From positions 2,666,001 to 2,730,000 of the forward strand of contig CM068753.1 in the NCBI GenBank assembly GCA_035084275.1: a DNA stretch of 64,000 nucleotides, given 5' to 3'. A model generated the notes under the pieces. It had not been told where the DNA came from. It saw only the letters and a program-made list of their open reading frames with translations, and made no database searches. The DNA is from Hydrolagus colliei. Its lineage: Eukaryota. Both the position numbers and the translations under genes were made by a program. Below are positions 1 to 14,100 of the stretch, piece by piece; position 1 is the first letter of the stretch; each line of letters begins with the position of its first letter.

Positions 1-38
1 GAGTCCCATCAGGCTGAGCTGAAGTTGACAGTGGTCGG

Positions 39-392
39 GAGCTCCTGTAGCTCAGTGGGTTAGAGCACTCACTCGTCTTACAAGCACGAGATCTGTGTTC
101 GAATCCAAGCAGGTCAGGGCGAAACCTTGGGCAAGCTTCCTTACTCCACACACACACACCCCTAATAATAATCCCTCTAAAAAACTCACAATACAGTAAT
201 AAAATAAAATTGGCCATTTCAATCCACGGCTGTTTATGTGGAGGGGATACTGCTGTGCGTAATTGGCTGCCGCATTTCGCCCACAAATATATATACAGTC
301 AATTCACTTTACAGTCTATTCTGTGAAGCGCTTGGAGACGTCGATAAGATGTGAAAAGCCACTAGGTCAAAATGCAAGGATTATTATTATTA
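39..392 (+). mobile_element. Full-length tRNA-derived SINE with Deu-like core and L2-type 3' tail
   Basis: A box TAGCTCAGTGG, B box GTTCGAATCC, core gctgtgcg.aattggctgccgc, tail gtgaagcgct...aaatgcaagga(tta)n; at least 12 related copies in the window. Confidence 0.9.
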
Positions 393-2224
393 TACAGTAT
401 TATAGTTTCTCAAGGTGAATGTATTGTGTAAACCACAGGGACCACCCAAGTCCTCCCCCCACTCTCTTCCCTCCTCCCCTCCTCCCCCTTTCAGCTTTCT
501 CTCCATTCCCTATTTTCAAGCCAAGGGCACAGCTTGAACGAGAGAGAAAGTCTAGCGATAATGACAATGTGGGTGGGAGTGGGAGGAGGCGGGTGGGAGG
601 AGGAAGTTACCTCAGGTTGATCGCTGAACGGTAATTATTTATGTACGCCTGTTTAATGGGGAAATTCCATTCTTCAAGACGAGGCAGCAAAAGTATTTTT
701 TTTTGAAAACAAACAGATTGAAATAAACCCAATGATTTACTATTGGAAAAAAAATTGGTTACCCAGATTCAAGCACATTTAAAAGGTAAAAATAATGGGA
801 CAAAAATGTAATTAATTGTTGTTGAATTTTCCCTCAAATTCCACATTAGCTGTGCTTGTAGCTGATATACGTTTCACCCACAAAACACACACTTTACAGT
901 ATATTCCGTGAAGCACATTGGGACGTCTCAACGACGTGATAAGGCACTATAACAAAATACAGTACAAGCATTATTATTATGGAGGAAATTAAAAAAGATG
1001 GGGGGTTGGGGGGGGGAAGAAGGAAGTTTTGTAGAGAGTTGGAATGGCCACTAATTGTATTTAAAAAAAAGGGAAGAAAATTAATGCTGCAGCACCACAA
1101 ATAGAACAGGTGTCAAAGTAACAAACGCCAGAGTGAAAAATATTGAAATACAGTATTAATGTTCCAATCAGAAAGCCATCAGCGAATGACAAGGAGGTAT
1201 CACTACAGGTGTCATATCTCCGTCCACACGACCACACCCGATTTTTTTCTTTTTTAAAAAAATAAATCTTCATCTTCAAATGGGAAATAATGGGAATAAT
1301 CGTGTGTGTGTGTGTGTGTGTTTTTTAAAAAAGAATAAAGGATGTCAGTAATCTATAGGGATGACATTATCTAGAGAGCAGCCCCAGGAAATTAAAACTC
1401 AGGTGTCAGGAACAATTGTGTGTTTGAAATGTACGCAAAAAAAAAACCCACAGTGGGGAGCGGAATGCTGACAGAGAACCAAAATAAAACAGATAATTCG
1501 TGAAATAGTACAACAAATAACAAAATTACAACAACAAAATTACATTAATAGAGCGACTTTCACGTCGGAAGGTAGATAAATACTTACCTAGTAAGTCTAT
1601 CGGGGAGAGGGGGGGAGGGGGTAAGAAGGAAAGGCGGGCAAAATTTTATTGAGTTCCAGATCAATTATGATCCAAGACTACAGCAGAGCAGGCTGGAGGG
1701 GCTGAATGGCCTACACCTGTCCCTATCTATCTCCACCCACTCTTCAACTGAAGTGGGGGGGGGGGGGTGTTAATTCCACACAACATTTCATTTAATAGCA
1801 TTTCATTATTGCCATCAGGTGGAACCTAAACAATGGAATGGATCTCCACAAAGCGTTCTCATTCAATGAGAAACGGTTCTTTTGTGCAGATGATAGGGAA
1901 TACAATACAGGGCCATTGGCTCTAACGAGCCTACATTACTGCTAGGATTTCACTAATCAACCGGCTCATATCATCATTCCCCCGGCTCTCTGGGGATACG
2001 AGTGAGCTATGAAGGGGAAGGTTCGGAGTCGCACAAGTGGAAAAAGTTGGGAAATAAATCCATGTCAAAATTGGTATTAAATCTTTGGTTAGATCCCACC
2101 TAGAGTACCGGCCACAGTACTGGTGCCATTTTACAGAAAGGATATTGTAGAACTGGAGAGTACTGTACAGAGTAGAGGTTCCTGGATGTAACAGGACACT
2201 GGATCCATTCAAATTTTGGTCCAG

Positions 2225-2365
2225 ACTAAAGGTGGGGAGATGTTTGTCAGGTCAGGGTCTAAAGGGATACGGGGGCAAAGGGCGGGGGATTGGAGTTGAG
2301 GCACAGCCTTATAGAATAGCGGAAAAGGCTCGAGGGGCTGAATGGCCTCCTTCTGCTCCTAAAAT
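2225..2365 (+). mobile_element. Short CR1 3' fragment
   Basis: ggctcgaggggctgaatggcctccttctgctcct 3'UTR motif; a similar piece lies at about 1685-1725. Confidence 0.65.
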
Positions 2366-4344
2366 TACAAGAACAAAATTGCGGACGTCCCAAAGCGCTG
2401 AACGTTCAGGTCGGGACCCTCGCGGGGGTGGGGGGGTGGGGAGAGTCAGGGTAGTGGGAAAGGGAAGGAGAGTGGGAGAGGGGGAAGAGTCAGTGGGGCA
2501 GCTGAAGGCGCGGTCGAAGAGGAAAATTAACCTGAGCAGGTAGACATGTCAGGGTATTCAGCCTCAATCAAAAGGGTTGTTGTGTTTGTGTTGCTCAATT
2601 GAGGGAAGGAAACAAACAAAACTCACAGGCACAAAACCCGCTGCCATCTTTGCACACCGCGCGGTTTTACAGCAACGCTGTAACACCGAGCAATCTCCCT
2701 GATTTATTTCACAATTGGAATATCTGACACAGTACCTATTTTTTTTGCAGCGTTTCATTCGGTGTGAATTGCATTCACTGAGTTGAGAGGGTTACAGGTA
2801 ACCAGTTCGATTTGCGACATAACAGTGTGTTCAATTGCCTGCCTGAGCAGGTCACCTCCCCACCCCCCCCCCCCCACACCACCCCACCCAAGAAAAAAGG
2901 GAATCAGTTTTCCATTTCTCCTTGAAGACAGAACGCTCACGTTACAGTGTGGGGGGAGAGTGTGAGCTCAGCCGCACTGTATTCAGGAATAGTCAAAGCC
3001 AGTGAACAAAATGTTGCCTTGGTTACTGTGGTCTGTGGCTTTGTGCTGTAGATTTTATTGCAGCAGCATACTTTTTCAGGGTGGATTTTGTTCTGATCAG
3101 AGGAAAAGGCACGAACATTTCCCCCCCCCCCCCCCCCCCCCCCCACCTGCTGTCAGGCAGAGAATCGCGCACTCCCACACCATCCGACTGACGCCCGCCG
3201 TTTAAAAAAATATACGGTCGGTTCACTTTAGGGTGTATCCCGCCAAGCGCTTTTTTAGACGCTTCCAAGACGTGATAAGGCACTGTATCAAATTCGAGGT
3301 GTGTGTGAGTGTGTGGGGTGGGTGGGTGGGGGGGGGGGGAGTGATTATTATGGTATGGATTAGATGCAGGCTGCAGTAGCAGCAGCTCCCACTCTGTACC
3401 CAGCAAGATGCTTCAAGCCCCGAATGAGGCACTCCCCATTTACCAGCCGCAAATTCGATTCCCGCCTCCCCCCACAGCCTCTGCAACCTGTGAGCGAGCG
3501 TTGAATTATGGACCTGATCGGGTGGCTGTGGATGCACACCCAATATGGACCTGGAATGAGGCTGCTTGAAACCCCACAATGGTTTTGGTACCCAGACAGC
3601 GTTGGGTAAAAGGTGATTTCGTTGCGGAATTAAATTTATAGGCACACACGTACACACACACACAAAAAAGGTTAGCCTTCATTCAGGAATATCAATACGA
3701 GCAATTTTTCTTAAATGAACCAGAGCCGGTGTCAGTGCGTGCGTTTAAATAATATACAATTTAATATATATATATATACATGATAATCCATGCATTTGAT
3801 AAATCGCCTTATCATGTCGTTTGAGATGTTTCCAAAGCGCTTCCTTCCACAGGGGATACTTGTGAAGTGAATTAATTGAATGTATATTTTGTGGGGCGGG
3901 CGGGCGGGCGGGCGGGCGGGAGAAACATCTTAAAACGCATTAGCAGAAAAGAACACATTTCTACAATCTGACCGTAATAATCAACACGAGTTGATTCTCA
4001 CAAACCATACATCTTGCAAATGATTAAGATTAATGCACATACGCGGTAAATACTCATTTGTTCAATATATATATAGAAATAATGTCTAAATATATATATA
4101 TATATATATGTGTGTGTGATTTACATACACTGTAGACATTCTGACCCCTATGATTTATGCATCATAAAAATCATGATATGCCTTTCAAAATCTTCAGACT
4201 AACTAAAGGAAGGGAAGGAAGCTCTTCCCAACCATTAGAGATGGGGGGGAAATGACAGAGCACAAATGCCTGTTACAGCAGCCCCGGCCCTCAATGGGTT
4301 AAACCCAATGCTATCAGTGAATGCACTGATTTTCACAGGAAGGC

Positions 4345-4545
4345 AACCTAACTTGACGTCGGAAAACCCCGCCCATCAGCCTCCCCGATTGGTTACTGCA
4401 ACCGGGACGGCCGAAGGCGCCGTCGCTGATTGGTCTGAGGAGCTGCCAATCATGCGCAACCCGGTTAGCCCCTCCCCCCCTCTCAGTATCAGGTTAGGTA
4501 GAGGCGGCATCAGTCAAGCCAACTTACCCTCCCAGAGCAATCAAT
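4345..4545. promoter_or_regulatory. CpG-enriched CCAAT/CRE/GC-box cluster (possible alternative promoter)
   Basis: TGACGTC at about 4354, CCCCGCCC at about 4367, GATTGG twice, GCCAATC. Confidence 0.4.
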
Positions 4546-5147
4546 ACACACTGAGCTTCTCTCTCTTCTCCCCCCCCCCCCCCCCACCCACCCCAACATT
4601 AGCCCAACATAGAAACTAACGCCTCACATCCTACAGCCTGCAAACCCTGAGCAATGTCAACCTCATCATAAATAAAGAGAATAAAACCCAAATAAAATTC
4701 CCACCTCTCTCTGTCTCTCTCTCTCTCTCTGTCCATCCTAGCACTGGGCGTTTGTCCTGCTCATTCCATAGACACACACACACTCTCTCTCTCTCTCTGT
4801 ATCCTCAGATACATCATACACATAGGCCACCAGCCCCTCTCTCTCTGAGATATTTTTCTCCCTCTCTGTCTCTGTCTATTTCTCTTAATACTTTACTTAC
4901 TGTGTATAATTATATATGTATATATGCTTTAATATTAACTACCATTTTTTTCACAAGCAGAAGAAAATAGGTGGTGGTGGGGTGGGGGGGGATCTCTGGC
5001 TGCCAGTAAAATCCTCAATTCATTCACCCACCAAAAAAGGGGCTTTCCCATTAAACTGCAATCATTTCTCATTCTGTGATTGTTTCATAGAGACATATAT
5101 ATATATATATATAAATATCAGTTATATTAAAAAAGCCGGTTACTCAC

Positions 5148-5570
5148 CTTCAATCATTGCATCCTGAATTCTCACAGCACCACGAGTCATGTGGGGGGGG
5201 GGGGAAAGGCAGCTGATGTGAATTCCTAAACTGCTTTTCTTCCTGTTATTAAATAATAATAATAATTATTATAATAAATAAAGAGACAGGGAGGGAGAGA
5301 GAGAGAGAGAGAGGCAGAGGCTGTGGGAATGCAAGCAGCAACAGCACTGATTGAAAAGGCGTCTCTCTCTCTATATATATATATATATCTATCTTGACAG
5401 AAGCTTGTTCCTCTGGAATCCTCTCTCTCTCTCTCCCTCTCTTTCAGCCCTTCCTTCCAATCCCTCCTTCCTTCACCATTGAGCTTCCCCCACCCCTACC
5501 CCAAACAGCCAGGCTTGGCTTCACATTCCCAGCATTCCCAGCCAGCCTTGTACACCTTCTCCTCCATTGG
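5148..5570 (-). other. Candidate non-coding 5' exon of a gene running leftwards out of the window (ERC2 expected from synteny)
   Basis: Consensus donor GAAG|gtgagt at 5148/5147. Microsatellite- and purine-rich leader typical of neural 5'UTRs, with a CCAAT box near 5565. No coding evidence in the window; the 5' boundary is a guess. Confidence 0.4.
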
Positions 5571-6602
5571 CTCTGACTGCCCCCACACAGAGGCAGGGAA
5601 TTTAAAGAGACAGCGACCTTACTGTTCCATCCACTTGGCCTGACAAGGCGCTTGGCATCCTCACTCCATGGAACCTCTGGCCTCCAGAGTCACAGGGTTC
5701 ATAGGATCAGTGCTCAAGTCCAGACATTGGAACTCGCATACTCTAGGCTGACACTCCAACGTTAATAAACCCTGTGTCTGATCCAGCGCCTTATCACGTC
5801 TCCTAGACGTCTCAAAGCGCTTCACAGAATAATAATAATAATAATATTGCATTTGATGTACAGTGCCTCATCAGAATATAATACAAAAGTGGACTGACTG
5901 TCTGTTTTCCGGGCGAAACACGGCAGCCGAATGCACACAGCAGTGTCCCCACAGACTGCTCGCGGGTTGAGCGAGTGACCAAAAGAGTTTAAAGGGATTA
6001 TTGCAACAACAACAACAACAACAAAATGACATTTGCAGAGCGCCGTTCACGTCGGGAGGACGTCCCAAAGCGCTGAATTACTCCCAGAAACGCCATCTGC
6101 CAAAAGACAGTTCCTACTTACTGCTGGGCAAACAAAGAAAGGTTTGCGCAGAGAAAAAAAAACACACAGCAGCCCACTGTCTGAGGCTCACAGCCAGCCA
6201 GCCCACATCCATACAGAAACAGGAGTGGTCCAAGTTCTGAGCAATTGGCTGGGGTTGGAGCCTCTGGTAGTGTTTCTAAGTCCGTCAAGCTCTGTGGTAG
6301 CTGCAGGCAGTGGCCTCCTGTATCTCCTGAAAACTCTATAATTGACTATGAAATCAGATACCTGTGACACTGTTTCAACTAAGGACCAGACTGGGTGGGG
6401 GGGGAGAAAAATGCAGCCGCATTGTACATACCATAATAAGCAGATTCAACTGCGCACGTAATAAACAAATATTGATCTAATTCAGCCCATTGTTTTTATT
6501 GACAAACATAATAATCAATAATACAAGATTAAGGCAACTTAATAAAGAATTGCTTTACACAGCAAAACAAACAAAATGAGAATGTGTACTCCCGACTACC
6601 CG

Positions 6603-6890
6603 TAATAATATACAATCCTCACAGTTGATACAGCGCTTTCTCAGGTCTCTCGAGCGCTTCACAGAATATACCGTCAAGTGAACTGGCTGTATTTTTTGTG
6701 GGCGAAACACGGCAGCCAATTCCACACAGCCATCCGTGTCCCACAGACGGTGGTGGATTGAGTGAACAAATTTTTTACTTACTTGTAAACAGGAGGCACG
6801 TGGAGTAAGGAAATTTGCCCAACGTTTCGCCCTGCCTGGGAATTGAACCCAGGTCCCATCGCTTGAGGGGTCGTGTACTCTAACCACTCA
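6603..6890 (-). mobile_element. tRNA-SINE copy (same family)
   Basis: Reverse complement of tail, core and head. Confidence 0.8.
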
Positions 6891-7644
6891 TCTTTTGTGT
6901 CAAATATATTTTAAAATAGCTTTTTACAATATTGGCTTCAACAAAGTTCTGCACTCCAGAGCTAAATTGCCCCCCAAAAAATTATCTCTCCGTTAGAAGC
7001 GCTTTCAACGCCACTTTAAGCAGAGTCGAATTAGTTAAATATTGACTAGTGAGGTCCTTGAGTTTACAATGCTATTCTCCATTAGCAGGTAAGCAAAATG
7101 AGTGATCAGATTATCCTGAGATAGTGACCTCTATAATAACCGTTATCTACTGAATAACAGTGGACAATACCGCACATCTACGGCCGAGTTAAGAACACAC
7201 AAAAAAATTATGAAAACCACTTGGATGGCCCTTGTGTTTTAATCATCTCTGTTTTTTCTGCTGCTCCAAACAGAAAGCCAATTAAACCTATTAAGAGTAG
7301 AGAGATTCGCCCACAAATATAGTCAATTTTCCTACCAACCACGACCCTTCCCCTCCCCCCCCTGCTCTGGTCCCTACCTTGTTGTATTCTGTGAAGAGCT
7401 TTGAGATGTGGAAAGCGCTATATAAATGTAAGGATTATTGTTATTAGAGAGTTGACACAGCTTGGAATTCAGATTGGCTGACGGGGTATCTAATTTCAGC
7501 TCGAGTTTTGCCCTGGTTCTATTTTTCTCAAGTTTTTTTTTAAAAGCGCACAAACGCAACGCATCAAGGTACATTGCACCCTGATCTATCCAGTAATGAT
7601 TGGCATTGCCAGGCTCAACTGGCTGCTCTTGTATAAATAAATAG

Positions 7645-8132
7645 CTTCATATCCACCACATCCGCGCCGTGACCAACTTTGCCTTTCTAATCTCCTCCGC
7701 ATTGCCCGGCTCCACCATTGTCTCTCGCTCCAGGCTGCCCGAGACTGTCATCCACCTCTTCATCATATCCAGGCTCGACCACGTCAACCGTCAACACCCT
7801 GCTTGTCAGCCTCTCCAACCCCTTCCTCCATAGGCTGTGTCCTCACCCCCCCGCCCCCCACCATCTGTGCCCGACCCCACCACACACAGAGGACACAGTT
7901 CAAGATCCTGGTCCTCGCCAACAGAGCCCTCCCTCCATGGCCTCGCTTCCCACCACCTCTCGGCGACCTCCTAACCCTCTACCAACCTGCCAGCTTCCTC
8001 CACTCAGCGGGCTCTCAAGACCCAGCTCTTCAACCGTGCATTCGCTTACCCTCCTCCCCCTCCCCTCTGAAACACTGACTGCCCAGAGCCTTGGGAAGTC
8101 CTGCCGATGTGCAAGACGCTTTACAAATGTCA
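7645..8132 (+). mobile_element. Degenerate L2 LINE 3' fragment
   Basis: C-rich RT C-terminal remnant (ccaggctcgaccac, ttcaagatcctggtcctc) ending in an L2 tail. Confidence 0.7.
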
Positions 8133-11100
8133 TTGCGCCCTGTGTTCCAAGAGAATAGTTTACTGTTCAAAGCCAGTGACAATTTAGCCACAACAACAAC
8201 AGCAAAAGTACCAAACATTAAAATACATATAGTTCTCCCAATTCTATTGCAACCTCGCTGTTGGCTTTGCTGTCACCTGGTTTCCCTCTATTCCTCACAG
8301 GAAGATAAACGATAGCGCAAGGAAAACGCGGAATGAGATGTGATTTATGCGCCTGAAAATCAATAAACACAAGAATTCTAAATGCAGTCCCTGAACCCGG
8401 AAGCAGTTTACTGTGAGAACTTGTCTGTTCAACCTCAAACCAAACATATCGAATGTCCTTCCTTCCTATGGTCATAAATTAAATATTTTTTTTAATAACA
8501 TTTTTTAAAAAAACTTGCAGAATATGATTGACTCCAGTTACAGGTGGGTTGACTATATTGGCAGTTATTAAGTGAGGATAGGTCGCAAGAATAATAATAA
8601 TCAGGAACCATGTCTGTTGAAAGTGTCCACTATTTGGCTATCAGGTTAAGTACTGTATACACTGTATGTAGTAGTATTATTGTAGAGTGCCAAATGTTTA
8701 CATCTATTTTTAGTTAATAATGAGAGTTTACTGACACAAACATGATGATAAGTCAAACAACAACAACACCGAACATGTTTTACATGTATATTTTGAAACG
8801 TTTCTGAACGCCTTGCAAACTGCCACACCCAATGACAATTCCCTGAACCAAAGAGCTTTGAGATTACTGTACTGCTATGTATTTTCACCATCTACAAATT
8901 GAATGGGGTTTTTTTGGGGGTAGGGTGGGTGGGGGGGAATAAACGTTCACGATTGTTTAGATTTCAATCATAGATAATGTGGCGTTCTCACCCCAAGCTG
9001 ACACAGAGACACTAGCTTGCGTTTGAGCTGGGTTTGCAGATTTACAGCTGTGTGTTCCTGACTTTCCTACTACCCTGACCTGATTTCCAAGCGAGCAGTA
9101 GATACAATGGGCTCATTAACTCACACACACACAGACACACACACACACTCAGTTAGTGTAGAGGAACAATTCTCCAACTAACAATACCTTCTTAACTAAG
9201 TTGAAATAAAGCATGAAATATATATGAGTGTCTTAAACTTAACGTTTATTTTTGGACAATTAAACAGACAACACAAAATGTTTTCAGGTTGGATATCAGG
9301 TTGCCGTCAGAAGCTGTTTGGTTGCAACCTTACAAGGGTTTTGCGAAGAGCTTTCCTGTCAACGTGCTGCTCTGGCGAATTAGCGCTCTGACACGCAGTC
9401 CGGCGTGGAGGGCACTATATAAATCGGAGTTGTTGTTGTTGTTGTTGCCTATTAATTGTCTATTGACTCGAGCTCTGGGACACTACGCCGCATGAAGGGG
9501 CACTATATAAATGCAAGTTGTTCTTGTTGTGACTGACAACAATTAAATGGATTTAACGGTAAGAAATCACTTCTATCCAGCAAGCATTGGTTCCAGACAT
9601 CAACAAAAACACAAGTGGCAATAAAATGAAACCAGTGTTGGAAGTTCCAATAGGATCAGAACACAAATCAAAGTCAAGTCAGTCATCCCTCACTCCCCCC
9701 ACCTCCCCCCACCATCCACGCCATGGAGAGTGAACCGAGGAATGGTAAATATTACACTGTTGCAGCAACAGTGGGGGGGGGCTCTTTTGAAATTGACATT
9801 AAGGGATGTTATTGGACTCAGGCTGGCTGAAGTCAACCCCTATTTGCATTTGTGTCTCATGACAGGGAGCCTGTCAGTAGATACGAAAATGCGTTGGAAG
9901 ACTCCATTAATGAGCTCAAAATGCACCCTACACTACACTCAAAATAAAATGTAAAACGACTTATCGAACTACAGTAATAAAATTAACTATGTGTAATTTA
10001 ATTGGACAAATAGCACAAAAGTAAATTAAGAGGATCTCACGTTCTGCCTGAACCATAATTAGTATCTAGCGGGAAATTATCAATGTGCTTGTGGCTGTGA
10101 AAAGTGTTTATTCGCAAGGCTCCAGACACCTCTTTTGCATAAAGATAAGAGTCTTTAGAGGAATTCTGAATATGTTGCATATCAATGAGAATGGAAATTT
10201 GTCTTTGAAACAAAAAAAATGTAATTGTCAAGAGAGCTGTGTACAATTGCCCTTACGCATTTTAAGCAATCTCTAAAGCAGGAACCAATGTTGGGACGTT
10301 TACTTTGTCTACATTTGTTTTTAAAACTGGAACAATGTTTTCTGCTCTTTCCAATGTAGAAACTCAACAAAGGAGGGATGGACCATTGTGGCATGGAGAC
10401 AGTAAAAAACACAAAAGCTTAGAAAGGAATGAACAGTACATTCAACCACATGGTTACTATCTGATGAAAGGCTGTGTGTTATTTGTACTGTAGTAAGCTT
10501 TGCAGAATTATAATTCGGGGGGGGGCGGGTGGGACATTTCTTAAGGTTACTGATATAATGCAATAGCAATTGTCATTACCAATGGTCATTTGAAAGAGCT
10601 TTAAAAAGTAACATCTGCTCATCTAGTCAAGGGATATTGATAAATCCTAGTTTTTCTTTTTTTCTCTAATCTAAGCAGTCAATCTTTGATGAAGCTGATA
10701 CTATAATAAAATTAGTATAAAACGGCATCAATTAGCTCTCTGAACCTGCAGACAGACACTAAATTTATTTCAAAGCAGCAAAGGACTGAGAAAACAACAT
10801 AAGCCTAAAGGCTTAGATGAAGGGTGAGAGAATACCAGAAAAAAATAAATTTACATGCCAAACAAATGTTCATTTATTAAATGATTTTTTTTTAATTCAG
10901 AGTAATGCAGAGTGTGATAGAAGTGTGGTGACACCTCATAGTATTACAGCCAATATAATGTACAAATGCATAGTATAAATGCAACAAAACAACAACAGCA
11001 ACATTACATTTGTAGAGCGCCTTTCACATCAGAAGGTCTTCCCAACTCACTGAACAGTTGGGATGGGGTGGGGGGGGGGGGGGGTGTCAGGACGCACAGT

Positions 11101-14100
11101 ACAGACATTTCAAATTGTCAAGAGATAGTAAATGAAGAGGATAATTAACATCTGTTTCTTTATGCAGTGCCTGGTTTGTGGGCTGAATTCATCAGACATA
11201 TGTGTTGTACTGATTTATGAGTTCTAATTCCTTTCAACATAAAACATTCATCACACACATTTGCTTTGAAGCAAATTGGATTGATCAAGTTTTTCTTATG
11301 AAATTTTCAGATAAATTATTTAAATTTTGCTGCAATTCAGAATTATATATCTCAGATTATACATTGCATTCGAACGCACAATTATGAATACACAATGTAA
11401 GACTGGATTTTTAAGAAAACAAATGATTTGAATCCGATGGAAAGCAAAACGGGCTACACTGGCCTCTATTCTGAAACTATTTTAAAATCTGATTTGCTTT
11501 AGTAATAATGCTTGTACTGATTTATATAAATAATAGATTACATTTACAACAACAGAAAGCAGGTAAACATAGATGAATGCGTGAATTCATGTGAATTGAG
11601 ATAAAACGAAAGCCTGAGAAACAAAGTGGAACTGATACTTTCCATACAAGCAACACAAAAAAATGTTCAAACAATTGGAACATTTCCAATGTACCTGCTT
11701 CAAGAAGATATAGAGTCATACGATTGTCAACATCCAATACTGTATAGCTTTTGGCTCAGTGCCCACTCAATTTCTTATTGACTATACAGGATATTGAATT
11801 CTCAATTGATCCAGCAGATTGCTTGCAACTCAATAATTAAATGTGTGCAGTATATGTGCCACATATGTATACAATTAGCTAGAAATTCCAACTGAAACCT
11901 ATTCTATCTTGTATATAACATTGATTTTCTTTGATGTGAAGCAAGAAGTTGACTCCTGGGCTAAATTAAAATCAGCAATAATAAACTGATATACTAGTGC
12001 AGAGTATTCAGTTCCATCTTCTAATGCTGTTTTGTGAGATAATATCCAAACCTATGGCACATAGCTAGTTTATTAGTGTGCCGAGATACATCGGAAAGAC
12101 TAAGACTGAGTTGAAAGCACACAAATGTTTAACTTGTAGAATAGAGGAATCTTGTTAATATAATAGAATGTTACTATACAGTATGCCATAACTGACTTGT
12201 CCATATATCATGAATTGTTTATGTACATAAATCACCAGAACTAAATTCGCCTTGAATAATTACTTATATTGACAACCTTCAGCATATAAATTATGCACTT
12301 TGTGAGGATGTTCATGCTGTGCAACTACTGTAGTGGCATCGACTGAGCCTGAATCTAAATTTTGACAGACAATGTCATACATTAATCTGCCTTAAATAAT
12401 GCACTCATTAGAACTGATCACTAGGAGGTAACATTTGATGAAATCGAAACCTCAATTGCTTCCAAGCATTCATTTATTGAGTTTTTTTTCTTTCTTTGCA
12501 TTGTTGTCACTTGACCAGTCATCTTACACTCAGAAGGAAGAACTCACATGTTACTGCCAGCTCAAGCAACAATATAGATCTTCACTTTGGGTTCAGTATC
12601 GATTAGCAACCAACAGGCAGAAAGCATTAAAATGTACTTCAGAGCAATACACCCTCGAGTGATCACCATACCCCTTCCCTTTCCTGTTTATTATTATTAT
12701 TTTCCCATTGCTTAAATTTTACTTCCTTCTCCATTGTTGCTGATGAATTTCCATACATCATTGTGTCCTACAGTTCAGCTGTCTTTTTCAGAGAGAGGGG
12801 CAGGTTTTCCATGAGATACAACAGCTTGACTGTACACCGACAAATCACATTGCACACATGGCTGAGACATCCAATTGCTGGACACCAGGCATCACTGGGG
12901 CTAGAACCGTGAAGTAAACATCTTAACTGCTACACTGTGGGACTATGCAAATCATTGTACACCAAGCATGGAAATAGTAAAGAATTCGCAAATTTTAATC
13001 TAAAGGAACAAACCTTTATTTAAAAGCACAGATTTAACATATGAAAATGTCAATTACAGTACTGTATGTTGATTAGGAGAGACCTTGATTTTCTCAGCAA
13101 AAGTTGACACACATTCAATGTTGATCAAGAGGGATGTGAAAGTTAATGTAAAGTGGAATCATCTTCAGCTGTCTGTATTATCAGATATGATGCACAACCT
13201 TCTTGGCCTTTTCCTTCCCAACTGACGGACCACAGCTGATGCTGAACTAGGCAAGCTGTTCCCTCTTCACAAGTAATACTATCAGCTGTAATGGGCATGA
13301 AATCAATGGTGATCTCTGGAGTAGCTAAAATGGTTAGCACCTGATGCATGTTACAATTGCCATTATACAATAAGCATTCCTCCTTAGTGTTTTTATAGGT
13401 AAGCACTTAAAGCCCACGTAGAAAATAGACATTATAGCAAGGTACTCAATGATTGCCTTACGATGGCCTTACTTTGAGGACCCCCTTTCAAAGAATGCCA
13501 GGATTGTCGCAGTCTTTCCAACTGCCTGTATGATGACAGTTTGCTTCCAATGAAACCACAGTCCTGTGATTGTTGCTGTAATCATAGGTTTCAATCACCC
13601 TCAGTCAATCAACCCTCTGGAACATTAGATCCACTCACAGATGTACAGAGAAAAGTCAATATATCTACTTCACAAACCTCTTAAGCAAAACATTATAGCT
13701 GTGAATAACTCCTAGACTTTTTCAGCCCCATAAGTTCATTAGCATTGTTAGGTCACCTCAAGACTTTGGGACAAATCTGTTTGATACTACAGTACCTTGT
13801 AGTCATAAGGTAATCTAATAAATTAGCTGGTAATCTAATAAATGCTAAGTATTCATTCATGTTCAATTCCTAACTGGGAAGACCATGCCTTTCTTTCGAT
13901 GGCTGGCATAGCAAGATACATCAAACCATATTCAGTCACATTTACACAACATTATAAAATGATACACGTGAGAAACTGGTAGAATTAATCATATATATTT
14001 AATAGGAAAAAAATGTGTTTGGACAAGAGTAACGAGGCAAACTACTGTAAAATAATAATTATTGCGTTTGATATTGCTCCTATAACTTCCAAGACATCTC

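Noticed and set aside
46-110. tRNA-like sequence (also at 56355 and 54780)
   Set aside because: These are SINE heads continuing into SINE body, with no complete cloverleaf or acceptor stem
12770-13685. Short open frames with plausible splice sites, suggesting a hidden gene
   Set aside because: Phases do not chain, no recognisable protein motif, and lengths are compatible with chance
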